This document shows, piece after piece, positions 51,313 to 60,983 of a DNA stretch of 64,000 nt. The notes below the pieces were generated by a model that did no database searches, was not told where the DNA came from, and worked only from the letters and a program-made list of their open reading frames with translations. The stretch's first letter is position 1, and every line of letters begins with the position of its first letter. The DNA comes from Alphaproteobacteria bacterium (GTDB taxonomy: Bacteria > Pseudomonadota > Alphaproteobacteria > Acetobacterales > Acetobacteraceae): assembly GCA_016869715.1 (NCBI GenBank), contig VGDM01000011.1:379-64378 (forward strand). The letters are read 5' to 3'. Made by a program: the position numbers and the translations under genes.

Positions 51313-53669
51313 TCCCCTGCCAACAAACCACGCTTGCGCGGTGCGGTCTGTATCATGGGCACAAGCGGAGCAGCACACCGTGAAGCCTGTTCGCGTTCAC
51401 GCGTCACAGCGCCATAGGTTGTGCTGCGTTGCTTTGGCTGCCGCCCGATGGAAAGGATCAGGCGTTCCATCGCCTCGGGCGGGAATTCCTGGCCATGCTC
51501 CGTGCCGGCGGCGCGGCTGATGCTTTCATTCATCAGCGTGCCGCCCAGATCATTCGCGCCCGCCTGCAAGGCCATGGCGGCACCTTCGGGGCCCATCTTT
51601 ACCCAGCTTGTCTGGATATTCGTGAAATACGGATGCAGCACCAAACGCGCAACGCTGTGCATTAGCAAGGCCTCACGGAAACTGGGGCCACGACGCGCCT
51701 GGCCGCGCAGATACATGGGCGCTTCCCTATGCACGAAAGGCAGCGGCACGAATTCGGTGAAGCCGCCGGTTTCCGCTTGCAAATCGCGCAGCACCAGCAA
51801 ATGCCGCGCCCAATGCAAGGGCGCTTCCACATGGCCGAACATGATGGTGGCTGTGCTGCGCAGCCGAAGCCCATGCGCGGCACGCATTACTGCCTGCCAT
51901 TCCGCTGCGTTTACCTTATCCGGGCAGATGATGGCGCGTATCTCATCATCCAGAATCTCCGCAGCCGTGCCGGGCAAAGTGCTAAGCCCGGCATCACGCA
52001 GCCGCGTTAGAAATGCTGATAAGGACAGCCCAAGCGTGCGCGCGCCCTGATGGATTTCCAACGCCGAGAAGGCATGGATATGCATCCCCGGCACTGCCTG
52101 CTTGATGGCGCGGCAAATCGCCTCATAGGTGGCGCCGGTATAATCCGGGTGGATGCCGCCTTGCAGGCAGACTTCTGTCGCACCGCGCGCCCAGGCTTCC
52201 TCGGCGCGGCGGGTGATTTCCACGTGATCAAGATCATAGGCCGGGCCGCGCAAGGCTTCATGCGTCTTACCCTTGCTGAAGGCGCAAAAGCTGCAACGAT
52301 AGCTGCAGATATTGGTGTAATTGATGTTGCGATTGACAACATAACGCACGGTATCGCCCGCAACTGCCTGCCGGAGCCGATCAGCCGCCGCCATGACATG
52401 CGCCTGATCCGCATCCCGCGCGGCAAACAGCGTTTCAATGGCAGGCGCATCCATCCTTTCGCCTTGCGCGGCGCGTTCCACCAAGGCTGACAACGCTGCA
52501 TCAATCGTAGCCAATAGCGGTGCGGCCAGGCGTGGCGGCGTCAATGCGCCAGGGGACCAATTATCGCCGCGCGCGAAGCCGGCAGCATCACTGGCGCGGA
52601 GCATGGCGGTTGCAATTCGTGGCGCGAACCATTCGCGCGGCGCGTGCAAATAGGCAGGATAGGCCGGCAGGCGCTGCACCAATACCTTGCCCATGCTGGC
52701 GGTTTTCTCGGCAAGGCTCGCAATGGCGGGCCAGGGCGCTTCCGGGTTCACATGATCCGGCGTCACCGGCGAAATGCCGCCCCAATCATTGATCCCGGCG
52801 GCGATCAGGCTTGGATAGGTACCGGGTGAAAGATTGGGCGGCGCCTGGATATTCGCGTGCTCGCCCAGAATGATGCGCGCTGAGGCAATGGTCCAGAGCA
52901 GATCGTCCAAATCCGGTTCATCCGCATCTGCGCGTTTGGTGCGCGGTTTGGCACGGAAATTCTGGATGATGACTTCCTGCACATGCCCGTAACGCGCATG
53001 GCTTGCTGCGATGGCGCGCAAGGCGTCCAATCGCTCCGCGCGGGTTTCGCCAATACCGATCAGAATGCCGGTGGTGAAGGGAATCCGCGCCGCACCAGCC
53101 TTATTCAACACCGCCAGCCGGATGGCGGGGTGCTTGTCAGGGCTGCCATAATGCACGCCGCCGGGCGCGCAGAGCCTTTCACTCGTGCTTTCCAGCATGA
53201 TGCCTTGGCTCGCGGTCACATCGCTCAGCGCCAGCAACCCCGCCTTATCCATAACACCAGGATTGGCGTGCGGCAGCAGCCCGGTTTTGTGCAGCACCAG
53301 ATCGCACATCGCCACCAGATATTCGATCGTGCTGGCGTAGCCCATCTCGGCCAAAGCCTCACGCGCCTGGCGCCAGCGCGACTCGGGTTTGTCGCCCAAG
53401 GTGAATAGCGCTTCCGTGCAACTGGCCTTGGCGCCGGCGCGTGCAATCGCCAGCACCTCCTCAGGCGAGAGATACGCAGCACGTCCCGCGCGTGGTTTTT
53501 CGGCGAAGGTGCAGTAGTGGCAAACATCGCTGCAGAGTCTGGTCAGCGGAATGAAGACCTTGCGCGAATAGGACATAACGCGCCCATGGCCGGCATCGCG
53601 CAAGGCGGCCGCTTTCGCCATCAGCTCCGCCAGCGGTGTGGTTTCCAACCTGTCCTGCACCCTTGCCAT
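51309..53669 (-). CDS. fbiC: Bifunctional FO synthase (CofG-CofH fusion)
   Basis: Two radical-SAM motifs (CSDVCHYC; CSYRCSFC), YSRKVFIPLT, PFTTGILIGIGE, NRNINYTN, LPGTAAEILDD, NIQTSWVK, GGTLMNESISR. Confidence 0.96.
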   Translation of the reverse strand: MARVQDRLETTPLAELMAKAAALRDAGHGRVMSYSRKVFIPLTRLCSDVCHYCTFAEKPRAGRAAYLSPEEVLAIARAGAKASCTEALFTLGDKPESRWRQAREALAEMGYASTIEYLVAMCDLVLHKTGLLPHANPGVMDKAGLLALSDVTASQGIMLESTSERLCAPGGVHYGSPDKHPAIRLAVLNKAGAARIPFTTGILIGIGETRAERLDALRAIAASHARYGHVQEVIIQNFRAKPRTKRADADEPDLDDLLWTIASARIILGEHANIQAPPNLSPGTYPSLIAAGINDWGGISPVTPDHVNPEAPWPAIASLAEKTASMGKVLVQRLPAYPAYLHAPREWFAPRIATAMLRASDAAGFARGDNWSPGALTPPRLAAPLLATIDAALSALVERAAQGERMDAPAIETLFAARDADQAHVMAAADRLRQAVAGDTVRYVVNRNINYTNICSYRCSFCAFSKGKTHEALRGPAYDLDHVEITRRAEEAWARGATEVCLQGGIHPDYTGATYEAICRAIKQAVPGMHIHAFSALEIHQGARTLGLSLSAFLTRLRDAGLSTLPGTAAEILDDEIRAIICPDKVNAAEWQAVMRAAHGLRLRSTATIMFGHVEAPLHWARHLLVLRDLQAETGGFTEFVPLPFVHREAPMYLRGQARRGPSFREALLMHSVARLVLHPYFTNIQTSWVKMGPEGAAMALQAGANDLGGTLMNESISRAAGTEHGQEFPPEAMERLILSIGRQPKQRSTTYGAVTREREQASRCAAPLVPMIQTAPRKRGLLAGD

Positions 53670-53739
53670 CCTCCTTCCCCTGACCCCATCGTGTGGGAAT
53701 GCCGCGCCGGATGCAATGCGCGCGGATGGGAGGCCCAGC

Positions 53740-54693
53740 ATGCAGATCGGTTTCAACGCCCCAACCGCCGGCCCGCTCGCCACAGCTGAGGCGATTACCC
53801 GACTGCTGCAGGGTGGGGAGGCGATGGGCTATGCCTATGCCACCTTCAGCGACCATGTGGTGATCCCGACCGATATTCACGCCATCTATCCCTATTCGGA
53901 TAATGGCGAATTTCCCGCCGGCGCGCGCGGTGCGCGGCATGAGCAATTGACCGAGGTGATGTTCGCCGCCGCACGCACCACACAGCTGCGGCTGGTGACT
54001 TCCGTCATGGTGGTGCCGCATCGCCCGGCAGTACTGACGGCGAAAATCCTGTCGACGATTGACATTTTCTCCAATGGTCGCCTCACGCTTGGCATTGGCG
54101 CGGGTTGGCTGAAGGAGGAGTTTGAGGCGCTCGACGCGCCCGATTTTGCTGAGCGCGGCAAGGTGACGGATGAATATATTCTGGCCGCGCGGGAGCTTTG
54201 GACCGCAGCCGAGCCGCGCTTTCAGGGCGAGCATGTCAGCTTCGACAAGATCAGCTTTGAACCGAAACCAGTGCAGCCTGGCGGCCCGCCGATTTGGGTT
54301 GGTGGCGAAAGCGGACCGGCGCTCAGGCGCACCGCGCGGTTGGGTGATGCCTGGTATCCCATCGGCACGAATCCGGCTTTTCCCTTGGATAGCCTCGCCC
54401 GCTATGAGGCCGCGGTTGCCAAGCTGCGCCGCCTGACGGCGGAGGCGGGGCGAGACTCGGCGCAGGTTGGGCTCGCGCTTCGCGTCCAGAAATTCGGCGC
54501 GGAATTGCCCGCGCTCGCCGGCGATGGGCAACGGTATTTGTTTTCTGGTTCAGCGGCGCAGATTGTCGAAGATATCCATGCCTTGCGCGCGTTGGGTGTC
54601 AGCGCGATTGATTTCAACTTCCTTGGTTCCACGGTTGAAAAAGTGCTCGCGCAGATGGAAAGCTTTCGCGCTTCCGTGATAGAAAGGATCTGA
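53740..54693 (+). CDS. LLM-class F420-dependent oxidoreductase (Rv2161c-like)
   Basis: FSDHVVIP, GRLTLGIGAGWLKEEF, PKPVQPGGPPIWVGG, LGDAWYP. Confidence 0.87.
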   Translation: MQIGFNAPTAGPLATAEAITRLLQGGEAMGYAYATFSDHVVIPTDIHAIYPYSDNGEFPAGARGARHEQLTEVMFAAARTTQLRLVTSVMVVPHRPAVLTAKILSTIDIFSNGRLTLGIGAGWLKEEFEALDAPDFAERGKVTDEYILAARELWTAAEPRFQGEHVSFDKISFEPKPVQPGGPPIWVGGESGPALRRTARLGDAWYPIGTNPAFPLDSLARYEAAVAKLRRLTAEAGRDSAQVGLALRVQKFGAELPALAGDGQRYLFSGSAAQIVEDIHALRALGVSAIDFNFLGSTVEKVLAQMESFRASVIERI

Positions 54694-54696
54694 ACC

Positions 54697-55725
54697 ATGC
54701 GCCTTGGCATGACGCTTGGCATGACCGGCACCATTGATATGGCGCTGGTGCTGGAAGCCGAAAGGCTTGGCTTCACCATGGTCTGGTGCGGCGAAAGCTA
54801 TGGGACGGATGCGGTGACACCGATCACCTGGGTGCTGGCGCAAACCACAAAAATCAAGGCTGGCACAGGCATTATGCAAATGCCGGCGCGCAGCCCCGCC
54901 TGTGCGGCTTCCACGGCAATGACGCTGCAATCGCTCTCCGGCGATCGCTTTCTGTGTGGGGTTGGGCCTTCCGGGCCGCAGGTGGTGGAAGGCTGGCATG
55001 GGCAGGCTTATGGCAGCCCCTTGGTGCGCACGCGCGAATATATTGACATCATGCGCGCCATTATCGCGCGCGAAAAGCCCCTGGAATATCAAGGCACGCA
55101 TTATCGCATCCCCTATGACGGGCCCGATGCGACTGGGCTTGGCAAGCCGCTGAAAAGCATTCTGTATGGCAAGCCGATGCGTTTTTATTGCGCTTCCATC
55201 ACGCCGGGTGGCATGCGCCTCGCGGGTGAAATCGCCGATGGCAATTTGCCGATTTTCATGTCGCCAGAGAAAGCGGATCTGGTGGTGAAGCCAACTTTGG
55301 AAGGCATGGCGAAGGCTGCTTCACCGCGCGCCTTGAGCGATTTTGATATCGCACCCTATACGAAAATCAGGGTGGGCGATGATCTGCAAGCCTGCCGCGA
55401 TTTGGTGAAGCCGGAGCTGGCGCTTTACATCGGCGGCATGGGCGCGATTGGCAAGAATTTCTATAATGATTACTGCAAGCGCCTGGGATTTCCCGATGCG
55501 GCGGCGGCGATCCAAAAGGCGTTTCTGGCCGGGCATCGCAAGGAAGCGATTGCCGCCGTACCGGATGCGCTGGTGGATGAAATCGCTTTGGCCGGCCCCG
55601 CAGATCGCGTGCGCGCGCGGTTACAGGATTGGCAGGCGGCAGCGCGTGAGGGCAAGCTTTCGACGCTGGTGCTGACGGGGGCGACGCAGGAAGCGCTGCG
55701 GCTCGCTGCCGAGACGGTGCTTTAA
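54697..55725 (+). CDS. LLM-class F420-dependent oxidoreductase (Rv3520c-like)
   Basis: ESYGTDA, GIMQMPARSP, SGPQVVEGWHG, GLGKPLK, ALYIGGMGA..KNFYN. Confidence 0.87.
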   Translation: MRLGMTLGMTGTIDMALVLEAERLGFTMVWCGESYGTDAVTPITWVLAQTTKIKAGTGIMQMPARSPACAASTAMTLQSLSGDRFLCGVGPSGPQVVEGWHGQAYGSPLVRTREYIDIMRAIIAREKPLEYQGTHYRIPYDGPDATGLGKPLKSILYGKPMRFYCASITPGGMRLAGEIADGNLPIFMSPEKADLVVKPTLEGMAKAASPRALSDFDIAPYTKIRVGDDLQACRDLVKPELALYIGGMGAIGKNFYNDYCKRLGFPDAAAAIQKAFLAGHRKEAIAAVPDALVDEIALAGPADRVRARLQDWQAAAREGKLSTLVLTGATQEALRLAAETVL

Positions 55726-56573
55726 GCCACAGCGCGTATCAACGCCGCCCAGCGATCAAGCTGCGGCAGGATCTCATCTCGCTTGGCGGAAGCAAGGCTT
55801 AGCACCACGCGCTGTACGCCAAGGTTGCGATCCGCCAGCAGCGCACCGCGATCTTCCTTCACGCCCCAGATGGTGATGGGTAGTTCCTCATCACGGCGCC
55901 CGGCATCGGCAACCAATTGGCGGAATTGCGGGATCAGCGCGCCAACATCGGCATAGTGCTTGCGCACACGATGCGGCATCCAGCCATTGCCATAACGCAC
56001 CGCGCGCTTGGCACCCCAGGGAAAGGCGCCGCCCACGATGATCGGTGGATGCGGCTTTTGCAGCGGTTTCGGCCCGGTTTCCATCGGCGTGAAGGTGACG
56101 AATTCGCCGGCATAGCTTGGTTGCGCTTCGATCCAAATCTCCTTCATCGCCTCAATCCGTTCGCGCGCCAGCTTGTGACGCGTGGCGAAGACGGTGCCGT
56201 GATTTTCAATCTCATCCTGATTCCAGCCATTGCCGACACCAAACAGAAAGCGCCCGCCGGAGATATGATCAATTGTCGCAACCGCCTTCGCGGTCTGGAT
56301 AGGGTCACGCTGCACGACCAGACAAATGCCAGTACCCACCAGCAATTTCTGCGTCGCAGCCGCGGCGGCGGTCAGCGTCACGAAAGGGTCCATCACCTCA
56401 TAATATTCGCGCGGCAAGGCGCCGCTGCCCGGATAGGCTGCTGTGCGCGCCAGTGGAATATGCGAATGTTCCGGCGCCCAAAGACTATCAAAACCGCGTT
56501 CTTCTAAGGCTACGGCCAATTCGCCGGGCGCCATGGAATAATCGGTGAAGAACATGGCAGCGCCGATTTTCAT
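55722..56573 (-). CDS. LLM-class F420-dependent oxidoreductase (Rv2161c-like)
   Basis: GFDSLWAPEHSHIP, DPFVTL, QRDPIQTAK, GRFLFGVGNGWN, PKPLQKPHPPI. Confidence 0.87.
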   Translation of the reverse strand: MKIGAAMFFTDYSMAPGELAVALEERGFDSLWAPEHSHIPLARTAAYPGSGALPREYYEVMDPFVTLTAAAAATQKLLVGTGICLVVQRDPIQTAKAVATIDHISGGRFLFGVGNGWNQDEIENHGTVFATRHKLARERIEAMKEIWIEAQPSYAGEFVTFTPMETGPKPLQKPHPPIIVGGAFPWGAKRAVRYGNGWMPHRVRKHYADVGALIPQFRQLVADAGRRDEELPITIWGVKEDRGALLADRNLGVQRVVLSLASAKRDEILPQLDRWAALIRAVA

Positions 56574-56689
56574 GTGATCCTCTCCCCTGTTGAGCAGAAG
56601 GCTGGCCCGCTACGGGCCGGCAGGCAAGCCCCGCACCCTTGCCGAAACCAACCCGCACCCCCAAACAAGATCACGAAAGGATCACCGCA

Positions 56690-57583
56690 ATGCTGCCAAG
56701 CCATGGACGCTATAGCTACCACCCCTGGCGGGACCGCACGCCCTATGCGTGGCCAGGCGGGGCGAAGCTTGCAGTGTATCTCGGCCTCAATCTTGAACAT
56801 TTTGCCTTTGGTGAGGGACTGGGCGCCGAGCTGGCACCCGGTGGTCCGCAGCCCGATGTGCTGAATTACGCTTGGCGGGATTACGGCAATCGCGTGGGTG
56901 CCTGGCGGCTGCTTAAAATGTTCGATGAATTGCGCCTGCCCGCGACCGTACTGCTGAACACGGCCATCTATGATTACGCGCCCGCCTTGGCGGCAGCGCA
57001 TCGCGCGCGCGGTGATGAGATTGCAGGCCATGGGCGGACCAATTCGGAACGCCAATCCATCCTGCCGGAAGCCGAGGAAGCCGCGCTAATCACGGAAAGC
57101 ACAGACACCATCAGCAAACATGAAGGCGAGGCGCCGCGCGGCTGGCTTTCGCCCTGGATTGCGGAAAGCCGCACGACACCTGATCTGCTCGTGGAGGCAG
57201 GTTATCGCTATACGCTCAATTGGTGCGCGGATGATGCGCCGATCTGGATGCACACGCGCGCTGGCAAGCTGCTCGCGATCCCCTATCCGCAGGAGGTGAA
57301 TGACATTCCCTCCATCATCGGGCGCAAGGATCGTGCTGCCTATTTTGCCGATATGGTGATTGATGATCTTGAGGAACGGAGGCGGCAAATCGCCGATGGC
57401 AAGCCGCAGGTGATGGGGATTGCGCTGCATCCTTATCTGGTGGGTCAGCCCCATCGGCTGCGGCATTTGCGCCGCGCGCTGGAATACATAGCCGCGCGGC
57501 GAAGCGATATTTGGATCACGACTGCCGGGGCGATTTATGATCACGTGCTGACGCTGCCCAAGGGCAGCATTCCGGGGGAATGA
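56690..57583 (+). CDS. Polysaccharide deacetylase family protein (PuuE-like)
   Basis: WPGGAKLAV, RDYGNRVGAWR, EIAGHG, RGWLSP, DDAP, IALHPYLVGQPHR. Confidence 0.85.
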   Translation: MLPSHGRYSYHPWRDRTPYAWPGGAKLAVYLGLNLEHFAFGEGLGAELAPGGPQPDVLNYAWRDYGNRVGAWRLLKMFDELRLPATVLLNTAIYDYAPALAAAHRARGDEIAGHGRTNSERQSILPEAEEAALITESTDTISKHEGEAPRGWLSPWIAESRTTPDLLVEAGYRYTLNWCADDAPIWMHTRAGKLLAIPYPQEVNDIPSIIGRKDRAAYFADMVIDDLEERRRQIADGKPQVMGIALHPYLVGQPHRLRHLRRALEYIAARRSDIWITTAGAIYDHVLTLPKGSIPGE

Positions 57584-57584
57584 T

Positions 57585-58112
57585 ATGCGCCAGCTTTTGC
57601 TTGTTGCCTTATTGGCGCTTGGCGCCTGTGCGACCCAACCTGGGCCGAATACGCCGGCCACGGTGGGGCAGGTAGACCTCTCGCGTTATGCCGGGCTTTG
57701 GCATGAAGCGGCGCGCGTCCCGACGAGCTTTCAGGATAGCAGCCGCGTACGCTGTGAAGGCGTGACAGCGCAATATACGCTCCGCCCTGATGGCGCGGTA
57801 GATGTGTTGAACCGCTGTCGCAATGCTGTTGCCGATGGCGCGATGCGCAGCGCCACCGCCATTGCACGCAGTGCCAGCCCCGGGAATGCCCGGCTGCGCG
57901 TCAGCTTCTTCTGGCCCTTCTTTGGCGATTACTGGATCATTGGCCTTGATCCTGAGTATCGCTGGGCCGTGGTGGGCGCACCGCGGCGCGATTATCTGTG
58001 GATCCTGTCGCGCACCCCGGTGATGACGGAAGCGGATTACGCCGCAGCGGTTGCGATTGCGCGGCGGGAAGGGTTTGCGGTGGAAAGGCTGCAACGCACA
58101 GTGCAGCCGTGA
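57585..58112 (+). CDS. blc: Bacterial lipocalin lipoprotein
   Basis: Lipobox LGAC; VDLSRYAGLWHEAAR, VSFFWPF.GDYW, YLWILSR. Confidence 0.92.
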   Translation: MRQLLLVALLALGACATQPGPNTPATVGQVDLSRYAGLWHEAARVPTSFQDSSRVRCEGVTAQYTLRPDGAVDVLNRCRNAVADGAMRSATAIARSASPGNARLRVSFFWPFFGDYWIIGLDPEYRWAVVGAPRRDYLWILSRTPVMTEADYAAAVAIARREGFAVERLQRTVQP

Positions 58113-58118
58113 TGCGCC

Positions 58119-58961
58119 TCAGCCCAATCCAAAGCTGGTGATGCCGTAGATTTGCGCGAGCGGCAGATCCGGTGCCGGGCCGGCATACATGCGGGCCGTT
58201 TCAAAGGCGGGCGCCATGCCAGCTTGCTGCGCCATGCTGATCGCCGCCGTATTCGGTTCCGGCACATCAAGAAAAACCGGACGAGCCCGCGCCTTGGCGA
58301 TCAGGGCCGCGAAAACGCAGCGCGCAGCTTCAGGCGTTTCGGCGAAAAGCGGGCCGATCTTTGAATCTTCCCGGCAGGCGCGCAGCACGCCAAGCGCCTG
58401 CACACCCCCCGCGCCCAAAAGCATAAGCGCGATATGCCCGGGCGCGGTCAGCCAATGGCGCAAAAAGCCATCGCGCGCGCTTCGAAAAAAGTAGCGATCA
58501 AAGGCAGCGATTTGTTGGAAGTGTTGCGCCGTCACTTCGATTGGCTGAGGCCCTGGCTGTGGCGGCATGAAGGGGGCCAGAGCGCCCTAGCGGATATTCC
58601 GATGCAACAGCGTAAAGCCGGATTTTTGGTAATTCGCCTGCTGTGCCACCACGCCATCAAGGCCAATGACGCGGCCTTGCGAGCGCTCCATCGCCGCGCG
58701 CCACAGGGCCATGCCATATCCGTTGCCGCGATAGTCAGGGCGCATCAGGTAAAAGCCAATGAAGCCAAAACCAGCGCCATATTCGGTCGCGGCAATGCAG
58801 CCAATCGGCGCATCATCCAGGGTTGCAATAATAAAGGCGCCAGGGTCCGCAGCATAAAAGCAGGCAGCATCGGCGAGGCCGGGATTCCAGCCTTCAGCCG
58901 CCGTCCAATCCAGCGCCAGGCCAATTTCATGGGCCGCCATGCTGCGGATGGCGAAGCTCAT
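58119..58961 (-). pseudogene. Two-domain GNAT acetyltransferase with an in-frame TAG at 58587-58589
   Basis: AEGWNPG, RGNGYG, LDGVVAQQANY, HRNIR*GALAP, KIGPLFA, LDVPEPN, FETARMY; both pieces are in the same frame. Confidence 0.88.
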
Positions 58962-59767
58962 CCCCCCGCCTCCGCCAACTGGCGCGGGCGCCAAATCGCG
59001 TCATGCGTCACGCGGGCCACGGGGCGCGCGCCATCGGCCAGCACCAGGGCGTCAATCGAGACAATCCGATGCCCCTTACGGTCACTATTGGCGATGATGC
59101 GCCCGCGCGCGGTCAGGCTCTCACCCGGCCGCGCTTCGCTGTGAAACCGGAGCTTGCTGCCGATATGAATCCAAGGCCCGAGCACGGTATTTTGCGTGAG
59201 CAGCCAATTGCACATGCGCAAGGTCAGGCCGGGATGCGCAATGCCCTGTTCAGTGTAAAGCGGCGCGGCTTCGCGCACATCACGCAAATAATCGGCCAGC
59301 ACTTGCGGTGTCAGTTCCAAGACGCGCGTGCCAAGCCAAAGCCCAGGGGCCAGGCTTTCATCGCTCGCCTTCGGGCGTATTTCGGGCGGTGATGCGGCGG
59401 GCCAATCAGTCAAATCCACTTCTTCAGGCGGCGCTTCCCGCAGGCGCGCAAAACCGGTGGCACAGGCAACGCCCTCGCTTTCCACTGAAAGCGCCAAGCC
59501 ATCGGCTTCGGGCGTTGCGGTGATGGTTGCGATGCGCCCATCATAGACCGGCTTTTGGAAACCAGCCGAAATCTCTCCCCGGCGTAGGAAATCCCGCCCC
59601 CATTGCGCCACCGCCGGGTGGCAGCAATAGGCGAAAACCTCCACCCCCGGCACCAGCCCGCCAGTGAAGCCAAAGCGTTGCGCGGTTGCATCATCATGGA
59701 TGCGATTTTCGGAAGCGTGAGAGAGGTTATAGGCCTCAACGCGGTAGGTCATGCTCATGGCGCTCAT
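58958..59767 (-). CDS. Double hotdog-fold (MaoC-like) protein
   Basis: ENRIHDDATAQRFGFTGGLVPGV resembles the MaoC hydratase motif; second repeat HPG...PWIHIGS. Confidence 0.65.
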   Translation of the reverse strand: MSAMSMTYRVEAYNLSHASENRIHDDATAQRFGFTGGLVPGVEVFAYCCHPAVAQWGRDFLRRGEISAGFQKPVYDGRIATITATPEADGLALSVESEGVACATGFARLREAPPEEVDLTDWPAASPPEIRPKASDESLAPGLWLGTRVLELTPQVLADYLRDVREAAPLYTEQGIAHPGLTLRMCNWLLTQNTVLGPWIHIGSKLRFHSEARPGESLTARGRIIANSDRKGHRIVSIDALVLADGARPVARVTHDAIWRPRQLAEAGG

Positions 59768-59799
59768 CCTCAAGCTGGTACTGGTATCCGTACCATCAC

Positions 59800-60876
59800 T
59801 TAACAACTCGCCGGCGGGCGCGGCGCGGTCGCGAAGCGCAGCAAACACGCCCCGTAACGATCATTGAAGGCGTTGGTGCCGCCCGCGCCATGGCCTGCCA
59901 CCCCTTCCGGCCGATCAATCAGCAAAAACGCACCAAAACGTTCACGTTGCCGCTGTAGCGCCTCAGCGCGCTTAACGGGGTCCGCCATGAAGGGATCATC
60001 GCGAAAATCCGCGACCGCCAACCGCGTGCGGCGCGCATTGGCGGCTTCGGTCAATAACGCCTCCAACTCCGCGATTTGTGCGTACAGGCGGTTGCTTTCG
60101 TTACTCGGGCGGCCATGGGCGGCGGCGGCAATCGCAATGGCCACATCGGCAAGGCCGGCGCGGTTCAGCACCATCAGCGCATTCCACCCGCCGCGCGATT
60201 GGCCGGCGACAATCACCTGCCGATAGCCACGCCCGCGCAACTCCGCCAAATCATCGCGCAGCCAGGCCGCCGCGCGGCGCGCGCCATCGGCATTGGGTTC
60301 CCGGTCAAAGCGCCAGATGTCAAAGCCGGCATTGTTGAAATGCCGCGTCCAGCTTTGCGGTTGCCGCCCGCGCAAATCGGTCAGCGCTTCCTTGCCATGC
60401 GCGAATACCAGCACACCGCGCGCCTGTTCCGGGCCCCACCAGATGAAGCGCTCATCCGGCAAAGTCGCGTGATGGGCGGAGGCAATCGACACTCCCTCGG
60501 GCGGCGGGCGTGGCGCCCATTCCCGCCCCGGCTTCACAATCGCAAGGTCACGAACCGCAATGGTACATGCGCCAGGGCCCGCGCGCCTTTCGCAATTGGC
60601 TAGCGCGGTTCGCTCAACAAAGGCTGCGTCGCCGCCACCTGCCTGCCAGCCAAAGGTGCCATTCGGCCCAAAGGCCAGCACCCGCGGGGTATTGAGGCTC
60701 AGAAACCGCCGGACACTCGCCTGGCTGGTCTCGGGCAGGCCCAGAATGGCGGGCGCTTCCAGAATGGGCGCCGCCGGCGCCTGGGCATGGCTGATTGGGG
60801 CCAAGGCGAGCCCAAACAGCCCCGCAAGCGCAGCGACAATTCCGTTCCAGGCCGCCATGCGATACTCCCCGCTCAT
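59800..60876 (-). CDS. Exported alpha/beta hydrolase with an N-terminal Cys-paired domain
   Basis: Signal peptide; FAHG oxyanion motif, GQSRGG nucleophile elbow, DDPF, GHG. Confidence 0.7.
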   Translation of the reverse strand: MSGEYRMAAWNGIVAALAGLFGLALAPISHAQAPAAPILEAPAILGLPETSQASVRRFLSLNTPRVLAFGPNGTFGWQAGGGDAAFVERTALANCERRAGPGACTIAVRDLAIVKPGREWAPRPPPEGVSIASAHHATLPDERFIWWGPEQARGVLVFAHGKEALTDLRGRQPQSWTRHFNNAGFDIWRFDREPNADGARRAAAWLRDDLAELRGRGYRQVIVAGQSRGGWNALMVLNRAGLADVAIAIAAAAHGRPSNESNRLYAQIAELEALLTEAANARRTRLAVADFRDDPFMADPVKRAEALQRQRERFGAFLLIDRPEGVAGHGAGGTNAFNDRYGACLLRFATAPRPPASC

Positions 60877-60983
60877 GCGCTTCCTTTCTCCCAAGCCAAG
60901 GCCACCGCCGCAAGCCCCGCTTGCCCTCACTGCGCGTGGGGGGCATATCGCCCCCCTATCTTGCACTTCCCAAGGGACAGATC

